Below, in pieces: positions 26,314-41,660 of a stretch of 59,326 bases of DNA; position 1 is the stretch's first letter, and each line of letters opens with the position of its first letter. The notes beneath the pieces are model-generated. The model made no database searches. It was not told where the DNA came from and was given only the letters and a program-made list of their open reading frames with translations. The stretch is from Candidatus Parcubacteria bacterium (GTDB lineage: Bacteria; Patescibacteriota; Minisyncoccia; Phycocordibacterales; PALSA-1337). The DNA lies in contig JBDLTF010000006.1 of NCBI GenBank assembly GCA_039799225.1, forward strand, positions 1 to 59,326. The letters are read 5' to 3'. The position numbers were made by a program, and so were the translations under genes.

Positions 26314-26499
26314 TTACCATATGAAGAAGATGGCAGTGATGGCGTAACCAAACCCGAAGATGAAGACAGCTGCAATACCGATAGACGTCCACACCCATAG
26401 TGACATAGATCGTTGCGGCTCAGGTTCGACATCCATCACATCCTTCGTCGGTTTGATCTGAGTCAAATCATCATCTGTTTTCAAGAATTCACCACTCAT
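26314..26499 (-). CDS. small membrane protein (61 aa), hypothetical
   Basis: MSGEFLKTDDD... with a C-terminal TM segment SLWVWTSIGIAAVFIFGFGYAITAIFFIW. The ATG at 26499 is preferred over the TTG at 26544. Confidence 0.4.
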   Translation of the reverse strand: MSGEFLKTDDDLTQIKPTKDVMDVEPEPQRSMSLWVWTSIGIAAVFIFGFGYAITAIFFIW

Positions 26500-26622
26500 G
26501 ATTTCGGTTCTTTCTTTGATTGAATTGTTCCGGCGCTCTTTCAAACGCCCTGTATACTCTGTTACTATTATATCACCTTTCTATATCAAAGTCAATTAAT
26601 CCTCAGATATATTTCAGGTACG

Positions 26623-26650
26623 AAAAAACGTCCATTTCTGGACGTTTTTT
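26623..26650. terminator. bidirectional terminator ending the 16S transcription unit
   Basis: AACGTCCA TTTC TGGACGTT flanked by A6 and T6. It lies just beyond the pre-16S processing stem. Confidence 0.75.
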
Positions 26651-26842
26651 GTCACCGCGAGGTGAGTAGCGCTCTTTATTTTGTTCCGTTCGCCCATGAG
26701 TGATTCAATTGAGATCACCCATGTGTGTCCCCTATCTTCGGGGACTAAGGGTTCATGTTTAAGGCACATAGAACCATGGCCTCATCTGTAATTAAACAAA
26801 CGATCGACTATAAGTCACTGTCAAAGACAGCAACGTTGTTTC

Positions 26843-28384
<1,542 letters not shown>

Positions 28385-28693
28385 TATAAGCGAACGGAAC
28401 AAAATAGAAAGCGCTACGCTCCCTTACTTTATATTTCACTTACTGTCTGATCTAGCTCTCACAACTGATATTGAATCTATATCGTTGCTTGAATTATTAT
28501 TTGGAATATTTTGGTATTTGCACTTCACCGTGCAGGTGCCCCGCTAAGGACAGTCTGCATGGCTTCTTCCTCCACCCCTAGTTAAGGGGGTTTCGAAGAA
28601 TATTTAAATACATTCTCAATGCTCTATATTATTTCCTATAGAGCTTTTATGCGACTTTCAAAGTACCGACCCTGTTTTCAGGGCGTAGGGTCT

Positions 28694-28721
28694 ATATTAC
28701 AGGCCACAGAAATAAAGTCAA
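28694..28721 (-). promoter_or_regulatory. candidate 16S rRNA promoter
   Basis: On the minus strand: TTGACT (28716-28721), 16-nt spacer, TAATAT (28694-28699). It lies directly downstream of the secF terminator and about 300 nt upstream of the 16S 5' end. Confidence 0.6.
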
Positions 28722-28733
28722 GGGGTATGCAAC

Positions 28734-28768
28734 AAAAGACGCTTTATTCATCATAAAGCGTCTTTTTT
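28734..28768. terminator. bidirectional terminator after secF
   Basis: AAAAGACGCTTTA pairs with TAAAGCGTCTTTT (13-bp stem) with flanking T-runs. Confidence 0.8.
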
Positions 28769-28791
28769 GACCAAAATATGAGGTAGTAAAA

Positions 28792-29685
28792 CTACTGCTT
28801 CTTGCCCCACTTCTCCATCGTAACGAGCAATGGTGAACCGATGAATATCGATGAATATGTTCCTGCGGCGATACCAATGATGAGTGCGAGTGAGAAGTGT
28901 TCTGTTGATGGGCCACCGACGAAGTAGAGCACTACGAGCGCTATAAGCGTCGTGAGTGAGGTGTTGATCGAGCGGGTGAAGGTCTGACTCACACTCTCCC
29001 CTACCACTTCGCTGAATGGCTTCTTGGAAGATGCATGGTGAAGATTTTCGCGAACACGATCGAACACAACGATAGTATCGTGCACTGAGAAACCGAGGAC
29101 AACGAGAAGTGCGGTGACGAAGAGTGTATCGACTTCATATCCAGCATAGTGACCGAGAAATGCGAAGACTCCCGTCGGAATAATCACATCGTGAGCAAGA
29201 GATACGATGGCGATGAGACCGTACTTCCATGAAGAGACTGGCTCAGACACTTTGCGGAAGGCGAATGTGATGAAAAGCACGATTGCGAGCAAGACGAAGA
29301 AGATAGACATAAGCGACTTGCGGAGTGCCTCCTTACCGAGAACAGGTCCGATAGATGAGAAGTTCTTCTCGATAGCCTTGTTGGTCGCATCAGGTGAAAG
29401 TGCGGCGAATACTGTAGCCTTCTCTTCCTGACTAATAGGCTTCATGCGGATAATGTATCCGTCTGTACCCGCAGCACGAATCGATGCAGCTGAATCAATC
29501 GAGGTAAGCTCGGCCGCTATGACATCCTGAGCAGGACGCTCAGCTGTATATGAGACTTCGATGAGTGTGCCTCCAGTAAAATCGATGCCTGGCTTGAGTC
29601 CCCAGATGCCGAAGGATACGAATGATCCAACGACGAGGAGAAGTGCGATTGCGTAGAATATCTTTCTGTTATTGATGACCCACAT
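28792..29685 (-). CDS. secF: protein translocase subunit SecF
   Basis: Six-TM SecF-type protein starting MWVINNRKIFYAI (29685), placed 4 nt after the secD stop. Confidence 0.85.
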   Translation of the reverse strand: MWVINNRKIFYAIALLLVVGSFVSFGIWGLKPGIDFTGGTLIEVSYTAERPAQDVIAAELTSIDSAASIRAAGTDGYIIRMKPISQEEKATVFAALSPDATNKAIEKNFSSIGPVLGKEALRKSLMSIFFVLLAIVLFITFAFRKVSEPVSSWKYGLIAIVSLAHDVIIPTGVFAFLGHYAGYEVDTLFVTALLVVLGFSVHDTIVVFDRVRENLHHASSKKPFSEVVGESVSQTFTRSINTSLTTLIALVVLYFVGGPSTEHFSLALIIGIAAGTYSSIFIGSPLLVTMEKWGKKQ

Positions 29686-29689
29686 AGAA

Positions 29690-31048
29690 TTATTTGCGGA
29701 AGCCGTTACTGATAAGGAATGTTGTGAAGCGAGTCGTCTTCGACGGAGCGATCGCATAGAGGAACAATCGAGAAGCTGTGATAGCGGTGAACATCGAGAC
29801 GATAACACCGATCACGAAGACGAGGGCAAATCCGGTAATAACCGCTGTGCTTCCGAAGTAGAAGAGGATTGCTCCAGTGATGATACTCGAAATGTTCGAG
29901 TCGCGAATCGAGAGCCATGCGCGGGCGAAACCTTCATGCATAGCATCCCAGACTCCCCTGCCTCGGGCGAGCTCTTCCTTCATGCGCTCGAAGATAAGGA
30001 TGTTCGCATCCACCGCCATACCGATTGAGAGAATGAAACCTGCGATACCTGCGGCCGTGAGCGTAACAGGAATGAGCTTGAAGAGTGCGAGCATGATAAT
30101 CGTGTAGACCGCGAGTGCGATAACTGCGACGACGCCTGGCAAGCGATACCAGATGATGAGGAAGATTGCGATAATCAAGAATGACGCGATGCCTGCAGCC
30201 ATACCACCCTTGACCGCGGCTTGTCCGAGAGATGGACCAATGGTCTGAGTCGAGAGAAGAGTGATCGGTACTGGAAGTGCACCATAGTTGAGATCACGGA
30301 CGAGCTTCTTGGCTTCGTCGAGAGTGAATGTACCACTGATCTGTCCCTTGCCATCAGCGATCTGATCACGAATGACAGGAACAGAGATCGGAGCTCCATC
30401 GAGGAAGATACCGAGATAATTTCCGATATTATCCTTGGTGATAGTTGAGAAGAGATCACGACCCTCTGAAGTGAAGGTGAGTCCGACGACTGGCTGATTG
30501 GTCGTGGTGTTAAATTCAAGGTTTGCCTTGGCGACCATACTGCCTGTAAGACCTGTCTCTTTGAAAAGAGCGAGGTACTGGAAGTATGCGATAGTCTGAT
30601 CAGTAGTGCTCGACAATGTTGCGTTCTTCGTCTCAAATTCACGCATAGCGTCTGCTGTTACGAGTCTGAAATCGAGAGTAGGTGTAGCACCGATTGATTT
30701 GACCGCCTCGTCGACATCGGTAACTCCAGGAAGTTCGACGATGAGCTTGTATGCACTCTCCTTTGATGAGAGAGCTGCTCCCTGTTCAGTCTGAACGAGA
30801 GGCTCAGAGACACCGAAGAGGTTCACACGGCGTTCAACCACGTCACGAAGAGATGACATGGAATCAGAAATGTCCGATGAAGCGAGCTTGGATACGTCTG
30901 CCTGATATACGAGATGGGTTCCTCCAGAAAGATCGAGACCGAGACGGAACGGCTTTGAACCTCCTGGCTGCTGTGATGAATAAACGAAATAACCGACTGC
31001 TGCGGCTAGGATAAGGAGCATGACTGCTCGTGCACGGTGTTTTAACAT
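29690..31048 (-). CDS. secD: protein translocase subunit SecD
   Basis: 452 aa. N-terminal TM helix, periplasmic domain with LGLDLSGG, and a C-terminal six-TM bundle. Confidence 0.85.
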   Translation of the reverse strand: MLKHRARAVMLLILAAAVGYFVYSSQQPGGSKPFRLGLDLSGGTHLVYQADVSKLASSDISDSMSSLRDVVERRVNLFGVSEPLVQTEQGAALSSKESAYKLIVELPGVTDVDEAVKSIGATPTLDFRLVTADAMREFETKNATLSSTTDQTIAYFQYLALFKETGLTGSMVAKANLEFNTTTNQPVVGLTFTSEGRDLFSTITKDNIGNYLGIFLDGAPISVPVIRDQIADGKGQISGTFTLDEAKKLVRDLNYGALPVPITLLSTQTIGPSLGQAAVKGGMAAGIASFLIIAIFLIIWYRLPGVVAVIALAVYTIIMLALFKLIPVTLTAAGIAGFILSIGMAVDANILIFERMKEELARGRGVWDAMHEGFARAWLSIRDSNISSIITGAILFYFGSTAVITGFALVFVIGVIVSMFTAITASRLFLYAIAPSKTTRFTTFLISNGFRK

Positions 31049-31097
31049 AGTAGGGGTATCATATAACGATACGTAATGATTTGTAAATGGCCGCTAT

Positions 31098-32000
31098 TTA
31101 CAGCACCAAAAGCTCCCTTATCCCCTCACGAAGAGATATCTGTGGTTCCCAATGGAGAACCGATTTCGCTTTCGAAATATCAGCCAAAGAATTTTTGACT
31201 TCTTCTCTCGCAGGAGCATGCTCTATATTCCCTCCGATTATATTGGCGATATCTTTCACTGAGACTGCAGATCCAGAACCTATATTTATAACTTGCCCTG
31301 ATATACCAGGCTCATCCATAGCTTTCAGATTTGCAGACACAACATCGGAAACATGTACAAAATCACGAGTCTGAGACCCATCGCCAAAGATGGTCATTGG
31401 CTGCATATCCTTTTTGCGCTGAATAAACCGAGCAATCACTCCTGCATAAGGACTATCACCCCTTTGACGAGGGCCGTACACATTAAAATAACGCAGTATG
31501 ACTGATTCAAGGGATGACTGATGCGCATACTGCAAAAACTCCTTCTCGCCAGCTTCTTTGTCCATACCATATGGGCTCTGAGGATTTGCAGGTGTCGACT
31601 CGGATACAGCACTATCCGAAGTTGCTCCGTATACAGCTGCCGATGAACAGAAGACTGCTCTTTTGACTCCATTCTGCGAAGAAACCTCCAAGACATTCTT
31701 CGTACCTTCCCTGTTCACACTTTTAGTCTCTTCTGGATGCTCGATTGAATATTGAACACTGATGATTGCTGCGCAGTGAAAAACACCATCAATACCGTCG
31801 GTTTTAAATATACGATTCAAAGCATCAACATCGCGAATATCAACTTGATGGAATATTGCTTGCGAATTGACCATTTCCCTTGTTCCACTAGATAGATCAT
31901 CGATGACCGTGACTTTATCACCACGTGCAACAAGAGCGTCGGTGATATGTGATCCGATAAATCCAGCACCGCCCGTGACGACAAAATGTCTTTTTTTCAT
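31098..32000 (-). CDS. NAD-dependent sugar-nucleotide epimerase (GalE-like extended SDR)
   Basis: VTGGAGFIGSH and SPYGMDK (YxxxK). Confidence 0.85.
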   Translation of the reverse strand: MKKRHFVVTGGAGFIGSHITDALVARGDKVTVIDDLSSGTREMVNSQAIFHQVDIRDVDALNRIFKTDGIDGVFHCAAIISVQYSIEHPEETKSVNREGTKNVLEVSSQNGVKRAVFCSSAAVYGATSDSAVSESTPANPQSPYGMDKEAGEKEFLQYAHQSSLESVILRYFNVYGPRQRGDSPYAGVIARFIQRKKDMQPMTIFGDGSQTRDFVHVSDVVSANLKAMDEPGISGQVINIGSGSAVSVKDIANIIGGNIEHAPAREEVKNSLADISKAKSVLHWEPQISLREGIRELLVL

Positions 32001-32012
32001 GCGTAACTACTA

Positions 32013-33377
32013 TTATACCCCCTGCCTCGAAATGATTGCTTTTGCTGTCTGGAGTGCGATGCGGATATCAAGAGCAAGAGACCTGTGTTTGATATAGTAG
32101 AGATCATATGAAAGTTTGTCTCTCGTGTCGCCGACAGCTACCGCATGATGAGGATGTGCCTGATGCGATATTTGTGCCCAACCAGAAAGACCTGGCTTCA
32201 CTAGGTGGCGTGCATTGTAGTATGGGATCTCCTTCTCATAGACCTTAGTAAGAGCTGGCAATTCCGGACGTGGACCAATAAGCGACTGATCACCACGAAT
32301 GACGCTCCAGAGTTGTGGGAACTCATCGATACGAGTCATACGGATGAACTTGCCCACACGCGTGACTTTCAACTGGCTTCTGCCGCCATTCGCATCATAT
32401 GAACCATTGTCATTGGTACTCATGCTCCTGAATTTGGTCATTTTTATTACTTTCTCATTCTTGCCAATCCTTTCCTGTGTGATAAATACTGGACCACGGT
32501 CATCCGAACGGATAGCGATGTATACGAAAGGATACACGATAAGCGAAATTAGACCGACAATACTTGCAACGACGATATCCATCAGACGCTTGAATATGTC
32601 GTAAGTTCGACGGCTGCCGAGAGCTGTCCCTGAATGTTCGACGAGCCAACGCTCACCCACCATTGAGAGTGGGATACGGTCGAAGATAGATTCGTAGAGC
32701 TTCCCTGCATCAATAATCTGAATACCTGAGAAGACCAGAGAATAAAGGAACGGCATAGCAGCCTGGACAGCTGGATTGTTGAAGTCAGCGACAACAATGG
32801 ATGAACCTGTGCGTCGTGTTGTTTCAGATATGGCCTCCACCAAACTCTCCGTCGATCCTTGCGGAATTACCATGTCATTAAAATAGATTCCGTAACGGGG
32901 ATTGTCCTTAACCTCATTGTACAGATCCTGTATATCCTCACCGACACCAACCAATACGCTCGACTGTCTGCGAGAAGAATTGATGACTGGAAACATGACG
33001 AGACGCCAGAGGAACAGTATGAGCGTCGATACAATGAAGTAGATAAACAAGTTCGCTTTCGGCGCGATAACCACAGGTGCAAAATAGAAGAAGGTTATGC
33101 CGACAATAAGGTTAATGATCTGCACTCTAACGAGCAGACCTTTGATGCGGCCGCGGAAAAGAGCTGCTTGCTTATCATAGAGGCCTGCACTGAAGCTTAC
33201 GAGCAAGAATACACAGAATAGTGTAGCGAACGAAGGGAGGAGATGATTCATGAGCAAATCCCTGTGAGGCATCTCTCCGTAACGGATAGTCAGTGTCAAA
33301 ATAAGCGAGAATATGTAGGCGATAAGGTCGCCGGCGAGAAGAAAGAATGCTCCGCGAGAATTCGCAAATGAGGTCAT
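32013..33377 (-). CDS. polyprenyl-phosphate glycosyl-1-phosphate transferase (bacterial sugar transferase, WbaP/EpsB-like)
   Basis: Multi-TM N-terminal region plus a C-terminal domain with SLIGPRPELP and KPGLSGWAQI. ATG at 33377; the track start at 33383 is GTG. Confidence 0.85.
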   Translation of the reverse strand: MTSFANSRGAFFLLAGDLIAYIFSLILTLTIRYGEMPHRDLLMNHLLPSFATLFCVFLLVSFSAGLYDKQAALFRGRIKGLLVRVQIINLIVGITFFYFAPVVIAPKANLFIYFIVSTLILFLWRLVMFPVINSSRRQSSVLVGVGEDIQDLYNEVKDNPRYGIYFNDMVIPQGSTESLVEAISETTRRTGSSIVVADFNNPAVQAAMPFLYSLVFSGIQIIDAGKLYESIFDRIPLSMVGERWLVEHSGTALGSRRTYDIFKRLMDIVVASIVGLISLIVYPFVYIAIRSDDRGPVFITQERIGKNEKVIKMTKFRSMSTNDNGSYDANGGRSQLKVTRVGKFIRMTRIDEFPQLWSVIRGDQSLIGPRPELPALTKVYEKEIPYYNARHLVKPGLSGWAQISHQAHPHHAVAVGDTRDKLSYDLYYIKHRSLALDIRIALQTAKAIISRQGV

Positions 33378-33472
33378 GGCCACTACGTTACCATGATTTC
33401 ATGATTAATTCAATACCACCATGGGGCTCATGGAAGCATTACAAACATTCAAAACTGTGTTACTTTAGGGCT

Positions 33473-34603
33473 ATGAAGATACTCTACATCATCACCAAAT
33501 CGAACTGGGGTGGCGCCCAGCGACATGTGTTCGATTTGGCAACAGCCATGAAGGATCGTGGCCATGATGTGGCAGTTGCTCTCGGCGGAGATGGGACACT
33601 ACGTACACGACTCGAAGCGGCTGGAATATACACCCATTCGATTCAATCGTTAAATAGAGATGTATCAGCCAAGAATGATGTAGGCTCGCTCAAAGAAATA
33701 ATCTCTATTATCCGTCATCGTCGCCCCGATGTCCTTCACCTACATAGCCCAAAAGCAGCAGGTCTCGGTTCGTTCGCTGGTAGACTCTTCCGCGTACCAC
33801 TCATCATCAATACAGTGCATGGATGGACTTGGAATGAAGCTCGCCCACCACAACAGAAAATCCTCATCGCACTTTTCTCATGGTTCACCATGCTCCTCTC
33901 ACACAAAACCATCGTGATATGTGAACGAGATTACACTCAAGCAGTTCATTTCCCTGCGGTCAAAAATAAATTATCTCTCATACCTATAGGTATCAAAAGC
34001 CCAACATTCATCTCCATAGACGGTGCGAAGCAAGGCATCGCCAAGCACATATCTATGGATTTGATTGCATTCAATAAAAAAATAGTGATTGGCACCATTG
34101 CTGAGCTACATCCGAATAAAGGACTACCTCATCTCATAGAAGCATTTTCATCAGTAGCATCACAATATCCGCAAGCTATTATCATCATAATTGGCGACGG
34201 TGAAGACAAAGCTGCGCTCCATATGCTCATAAAAGAGAAGGGTCTTGAACAGAGCATATTCCTGGCTGGATATATGGATCATGCCGCTGAATATTTGAAA
34301 GCATTCACCATGTTCGCTCTTCCATCCATCAAAGAAGGAGTTCCTTATGTAATTCTTGAAGCCGGAGCCGCTTCCCTCCCTGTCGTAGCCACCACGGTCG
34401 GAGGCATCCCTGACGTCATAGAAGATATGCGCTCTGGTGTCCTCGTCCAGCCCAAGAATGTCCGCGAACTCGCACACGCTATATCATTCATGATTGAACA
34501 CCCTGATGAACGCAGGAAATATGGTGCAGCTCTCAAAGAGCGCGTAACGACAAAATTCTCTCTCGAGAAAATGGTATCTGGTGTCGAAGCGGTCTATAAA
34601 TAA
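33473..34603 (+). CDS. glycosyltransferase, GT4-like
   Basis: Starts MKILYIITKSNWGGAQRHV; also PSIKEGVPYVILEAGAASLPVVATTVGGIPDVIED. The upstream part of the ORF-track frame overlaps the divergent gene and is rejected. Confidence 0.8.
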   Translation: MKILYIITKSNWGGAQRHVFDLATAMKDRGHDVAVALGGDGTLRTRLEAAGIYTHSIQSLNRDVSAKNDVGSLKEIISIIRHRRPDVLHLHSPKAAGLGSFAGRLFRVPLIINTVHGWTWNEARPPQQKILIALFSWFTMLLSHKTIVICERDYTQAVHFPAVKNKLSLIPIGIKSPTFISIDGAKQGIAKHISMDLIAFNKKIVIGTIAELHPNKGLPHLIEAFSSVASQYPQAIIIIIGDGEDKAALHMLIKEKGLEQSIFLAGYMDHAAEYLKAFTMFALPSIKEGVPYVILEAGAASLPVVATTVGGIPDVIEDMRSGVLVQPKNVRELAHAISFMIEHPDERRKYGAALKERVTTKFSLEKMVSGVEAVYK

Positions 34604-34606
34604 AAA

Positions 34607-35767
34607 CTACTGCGGTCCGATAAATTCGTTGTTGACCGCATCACGATGGGCTCCGCGTGAATAGCGCCTCATTGATACCACAAGACCGAGGATAATAAAC
34701 TCTGTCAGAAGATGTGTTCCTCCATAACTCATGAGCGGTAGAGGTGTTCCCGTGACCGGAAGCAGCTGCATATTCATGCCGATATTGATGGCGATATGCA
34801 CGATAAAAAACACCGCCGCGCCCGCACCGAAGAGTATCTCAAAATTGCTCGCCCCATTCATCGCATTAAGTATGATGCGCCAGATGATGATTCCGTATAG
34901 ACCGAACAATATGATGACACCCGCAAAGCCCCATTCTTCAGCAAAAGCGGCAAAAATAAAGTCAGTTTGGTATTCCGGGAGGAACTTGAGACGCGACTGA
35001 GTACCGTATCCAAGGCCTTTGCCCCACATCTCCCCCGATCCTACCGCAACAGTGGACTGGTACGCGTTATAGCCCGCCCCATGGATATCAGAGAGTGGAT
35101 CGACGAAGTTGCGAATACGATCCTTCTGGTATTCCTTGAAACCGAAGCTCCAAAGCAGGATGAAGGTGACGAGACCAATACCAAGCATGGCAAACAGATG
35201 CTTCTTGGAAAGTCCCGAAACCATGGTCATGCCGAGCCAGATGAAGAAGATCATCATGGCCGAACCAAGGTCAGGTTGTACAAGGACAAGCGCGAAGAGC
35301 ACGAATGCATAAAGCCCTGAAATGATAATGTGCCTGACATTGGCGATCTCAATATGACGACGAGAAAAGTATTTCGCGAGTACAATTATAAGTGCTATTT
35401 TCGCAAAGTCAGACGGCTGGAATGAGAATGTTCCCAAATCAAACCATCCTTGAGCACCGTTCACGACCTTACCGAGGATTGAGAGAATAACGAGAAGAAT
35501 GAAAGCGATACCGAACGCACTTGCAGATACCCACGTTGATTTCAAGAACCGCGCATCAATCGAACTTACCACGAAGAAAATGGCGACGGCCACGAGAATC
35601 CACACGAATTGATGGCTTGCAAACGAGTTGTCACCCGTGAACGAATACATCGTCATGAGCCCTGCAACTAGTATGGGAACTGCGGCGCAGATAATCCACC
35701 AATCCATGCCACGGCGTATTGCGCCGAAAAGCCTATAGGTCGACGATTGTATCGGTAATGAATCCAT
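34607..35767 (-). CDS. SEDS-family peptidoglycan glycosyltransferase (FtsW/RodA/SpoVE)
   Basis: 386 aa and about 10 TM helices, with PSDFAKI, QTDFIFA and GTPLPLMSYGG motifs. Confidence 0.85.
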   Translation of the reverse strand: MDSLPIQSSTYRLFGAIRRGMDWWIICAAVPILVAGLMTMYSFTGDNSFASHQFVWILVAVAIFFVVSSIDARFLKSTWVSASAFGIAFILLVILSILGKVVNGAQGWFDLGTFSFQPSDFAKIALIIVLAKYFSRRHIEIANVRHIIISGLYAFVLFALVLVQPDLGSAMMIFFIWLGMTMVSGLSKKHLFAMLGIGLVTFILLWSFGFKEYQKDRIRNFVDPLSDIHGAGYNAYQSTVAVGSGEMWGKGLGYGTQSRLKFLPEYQTDFIFAAFAEEWGFAGVIILFGLYGIIIWRIILNAMNGASNFEILFGAGAAVFFIVHIAINIGMNMQLLPVTGTPLPLMSYGGTHLLTEFIILGLVVSMRRYSRGAHRDAVNNEFIGPQ

Positions 35768-35784
35768 TGACTGAGTCTACCGCT

Positions 35785-36540
35785 TCATTCCGCCACCGGC
35801 AATACTTCAATAGAGATAACTGCACCCTTACGATCAATAGGCCAAGTAAACGGAGCAAGCGCCTCGCCCTTTGCAGGAATCTCATCAACGACCGTCTTGG
35901 AGAATCCGAGAGCATTGCCATCCTTATCATAAAGAATCACATACACAGATATTCTCTCTATCGGGTAGACGCTCGGATTCTTGAGAGTCACTAGGAGAGA
36001 TGAACCTGATTCATCCTCAGTATATTTCTTGTCGCCAATTATAAGTGACTTTAATGTATCTACCTTCTTACGCCAAACAGGAGCAGAGGTGAACTCAAAG
36101 AGGGCCTTAGCTGGAATACGTTCTCCTACAGCCACCGCACCCTTATAAGCGAGGGTATTCCTATGTGGAGGAAGTGTGACTATGCCTGTGGTATCAGTAA
36201 TCAAAACTCCCCTACTATCATAAAGAGCGAGGTGGTACGGAGCATTGATAGCTTCTCCCTCAGTATTCGGATTTACTATATATGCGGCAATGTTATAGAG
36301 CTTCGGTGCAACCTCCTCGAAACGTGCCCAGGCGAGAGACGGCGGCAAGAATGAACTTTGACAGAGGCGCTCACATGATCCACCACAGTCGACTCCTTGC
36401 TCAGAGCCATTCCTCTTATTATCTGAACAAGTTGGTGCTTTGTAGAAAATCAGAAATGCAGGAATGAGCACCACACCTACGAGAAAAACTACGATGACTG
36501 TCGCGTAGAGTGTTCTGCGGCGTTTTGACCAAGAGGACAT
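35785..36540 (-). CDS. single-pass membrane protein with a Cys-rich CSDNKRNGSEQGVDCGGSC module, hypothetical
   Basis: N-terminal TM helix followed by the Cys-rich motif and a beta-rich domain. Confidence 0.6.
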   Translation of the reverse strand: MSSWSKRRRTLYATVIVVFLVGVVLIPAFLIFYKAPTCSDNKRNGSEQGVDCGGSCERLCQSSFLPPSLAWARFEEVAPKLYNIAAYIVNPNTEGEAINAPYHLALYDSRGVLITDTTGIVTLPPHRNTLAYKGAVAVGERIPAKALFEFTSAPVWRKKVDTLKSLIIGDKKYTEDESGSSLLVTLKNPSVYPIERISVYVILYDKDGNALGFSKTVVDEIPAKGEALAPFTWPIDRKGAVISIEVLPVAE

Positions 36541-36570
36541 GACTATTAAAAATTATGTTTACCCAGAATC

Positions 36571-37551
36571 CTATTGCTGACCTGCACTCGACTGAGCTTC
36601 CTGAATAAGTCTCTGTATCTCAGTTGAATTTGCTTCAGCACTCACTCGAGCAGCATCGGCATTCATTTTGATACCCTTGATATTCTTCATCATGAGCACG
36701 GGTGTAATGATAGCAACTGATAGGATAGCGAGTGCTCCAATCACCAGAAAACCTACCAGAATATTCTTGAACTTCTTCGAATCAACCTCAGGCTGACGAA
36801 TAGTCTTGAGTGCCGTGTACACCTTGTAGGTGAATATGACCGTCAGCGGAGAAATGATTGCACGGCTCAATATATCTACTAAACCTGAAATAACAGTTGG
36901 AGCATCTTTGCCTCCAAAAAGGCCCACAATGAGGCTAGCTATGAGAGAAACCACGAGACCGACAAGACCTATAAGAAGTGCACGGCCGAAGATTGCGAGC
37001 CATCGTCCACGAACAAGCTGATAGCTTTCTATAAGAGCACTGAATCCTTTCTTACCATCTATAACCAAGATGTAATTGTAAAAAATCACATAGACGCTCA
37101 CGATAATTCCAGGAACAATGAGAAGCATGAAGCCACCAATGCCCGCGAGTGCAGAGATGATTCCTACCAAGATAATTGACCAGAAATACTTGAAGCCGAG
37201 GCGATAATATTCCTTGGGTGAGATCTGAGCTGTCTGATCAGAATTCAAACGTTCAACAGCCTTGATGACTGCGGGAATAGCGACTACAGAGAATACTATT
37301 CCTGCAATTACGCACAAGATGCCGAGTATCGTGAAAAATATATTGTTTCCGAGACTGAAGAGAACCATCCCTACATAGGTGGTCACTGAAGGTACAATCG
37401 CCACAGGAATCAGTTTCTTCCAATTCTTGACGAACATATCCCCTGTGGACTTAAGTGTCACAAACGGGCTTTCGAGCTTAGGGAGCAGGGCTGGAGCTGT
37501 CTGATCAGTCGAAGAAACGGGTACTGGAGTAGTTGGTTCCATAGGATTCAT
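36571..37551 (-). CDS. polytopic membrane protein, hypothetical
   Basis: Starts MNPMEPTTPVP (37551) and has several TM helices. Confidence 0.6.
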   Translation of the reverse strand: MNPMEPTTPVPVSSTDQTAPALLPKLESPFVTLKSTGDMFVKNWKKLIPVAIVPSVTTYVGMVLFSLGNNIFFTILGILCVIAGIVFSVVAIPAVIKAVERLNSDQTAQISPKEYYRLGFKYFWSIILVGIISALAGIGGFMLLIVPGIIVSVYVIFYNYILVIDGKKGFSALIESYQLVRGRWLAIFGRALLIGLVGLVVSLIASLIVGLFGGKDAPTVISGLVDILSRAIISPLTVIFTYKVYTALKTIRQPEVDSKKFKNILVGFLVIGALAILSVAIITPVLMMKNIKGIKMNADAARVSAEANSTEIQRLIQEAQSSAGQQ

Positions 37552-37594
37552 TATATACGGGCTTTTAATACCCTTAATGTCTATAAGTATCCCA

Positions 37595-37629
37595 CAAAAA
37601 AACACCGCCTACAACGGCAGTGTTTTTTA
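37595..37629. terminator. terminator ending the 23S-5S unit
   Basis: ACACCGCC pairs with GGCAGTGT (one mismatch), flanked by A7 and T6, about 12 nt beyond the 5S 3' end. Confidence 0.7.
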
Positions 37630-37641
37630 TCGAATCCTCTG

Positions 37642-37751
37642 TTCTGGCGACAAGCTACTTTCGCCCCGTAGGACTATCATCGCCGCAACTATGTTTCACT
37701 TCCGTGTTCGGAATGGGAACGGGTGTTGCCATAGCGCCAAATCACCAGAAC
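37642..37751 (-). rRNA. rrf: 5S rRNA
   Basis: Minus-strand CCGAACACGGAAGUGAAAC and GCGAUGAUAGU...GGGGCGAAAGUAGC align with bacterial 5S. The ends pair (CUGGUGA.../...UCGCCAGA), and an extended flanking stem spans 37632-37647 and 37745-37760. Confidence 0.9.
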
Positions 37752-37829
37752 ACAGGATTCGATCCTGCTCACACATATTAAGTATCATAAAAATGATGTA
37801 TCTATCGTATCACAACAAGCGACGTTCAG

Positions 37830-41194
<3,365 letters not shown>

Positions 41195-41531
41195 ATCTAA
41201 AAACCGCTTGTTGTTACCCTCGCCGCAACCCTACAAGAGGAAGCGGCGAGTCTATCTATACTATACCTACATCATGCCCACCGGTTCGACCCGAACCGGT
41301 AGACCGCCTCGCCACAGGACTTGCCATCCTATGCGGGCTATGTCGACCTGAGCTCCTATGAGCGTCAGTCAACATTTACTTTACTTAATATATGTGATTT
41401 TCAAAGTGTCAGTCGCTCTGTAAAAGAAAAACCGCATTCTGAGCGGCTACGAGCTACGCCCCATCGCTGGAGTGTGGCTATAGCCGCGTCTGGATAGGGT
41501 TAATCTGTATAATCATTCGGTAGTGAGAGTA

Positions 41532-41559
41532 AGTATACTCACAGCCAAAAATATGTCAA
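41532..41559 (-). promoter_or_regulatory. candidate 23S-5S promoter
   Basis: On the minus strand: TTGACA (41554-41559), 16-nt spacer, TATACT (41532-41537). It lies directly after an upstream terminator and about 335 nt before the 23S 5' end. Confidence 0.6.
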
Positions 41560-41611
41560 GTCCTGCACCGATTTAGCCGTTTTGGGGATAGCGTGTGGAT
41601 AATATTCGAAC

Positions 41612-41638
41612 AAAAAAGCCCCCTTTCGGGAGCTTTTT
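41612..41638 (-). terminator. terminator of the TM-helix-repeat gene
   Basis: AGCUCCC GAAA GGGGGCU hairpin followed by a U-run on the minus strand. Confidence 0.7.
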
Positions 41639-41660
41639 GTGAACAAATTAAATGATGGAA

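Noticed and set aside
26707-26722. GAGATCACCC downstream of the 16S, as a displaced GAUCACCUCC anti-SD tail
   Set aside because: The match is on the plus strand, which is the wrong orientation for the minus-strand rRNA. In RNA sense the region reads GGGUGAUCUC and contains no CCUCC.
33347-33472. Upstream extension of the GT4 ORF (track start 33347)
   Set aside because: It overlaps the start of the divergent sugar-transferase gene and encodes no GT-like sequence. The MKILYIITKSNWGG start at 33473 matches family N-termini and has a TG-extended -10 box 6 nt upstream.
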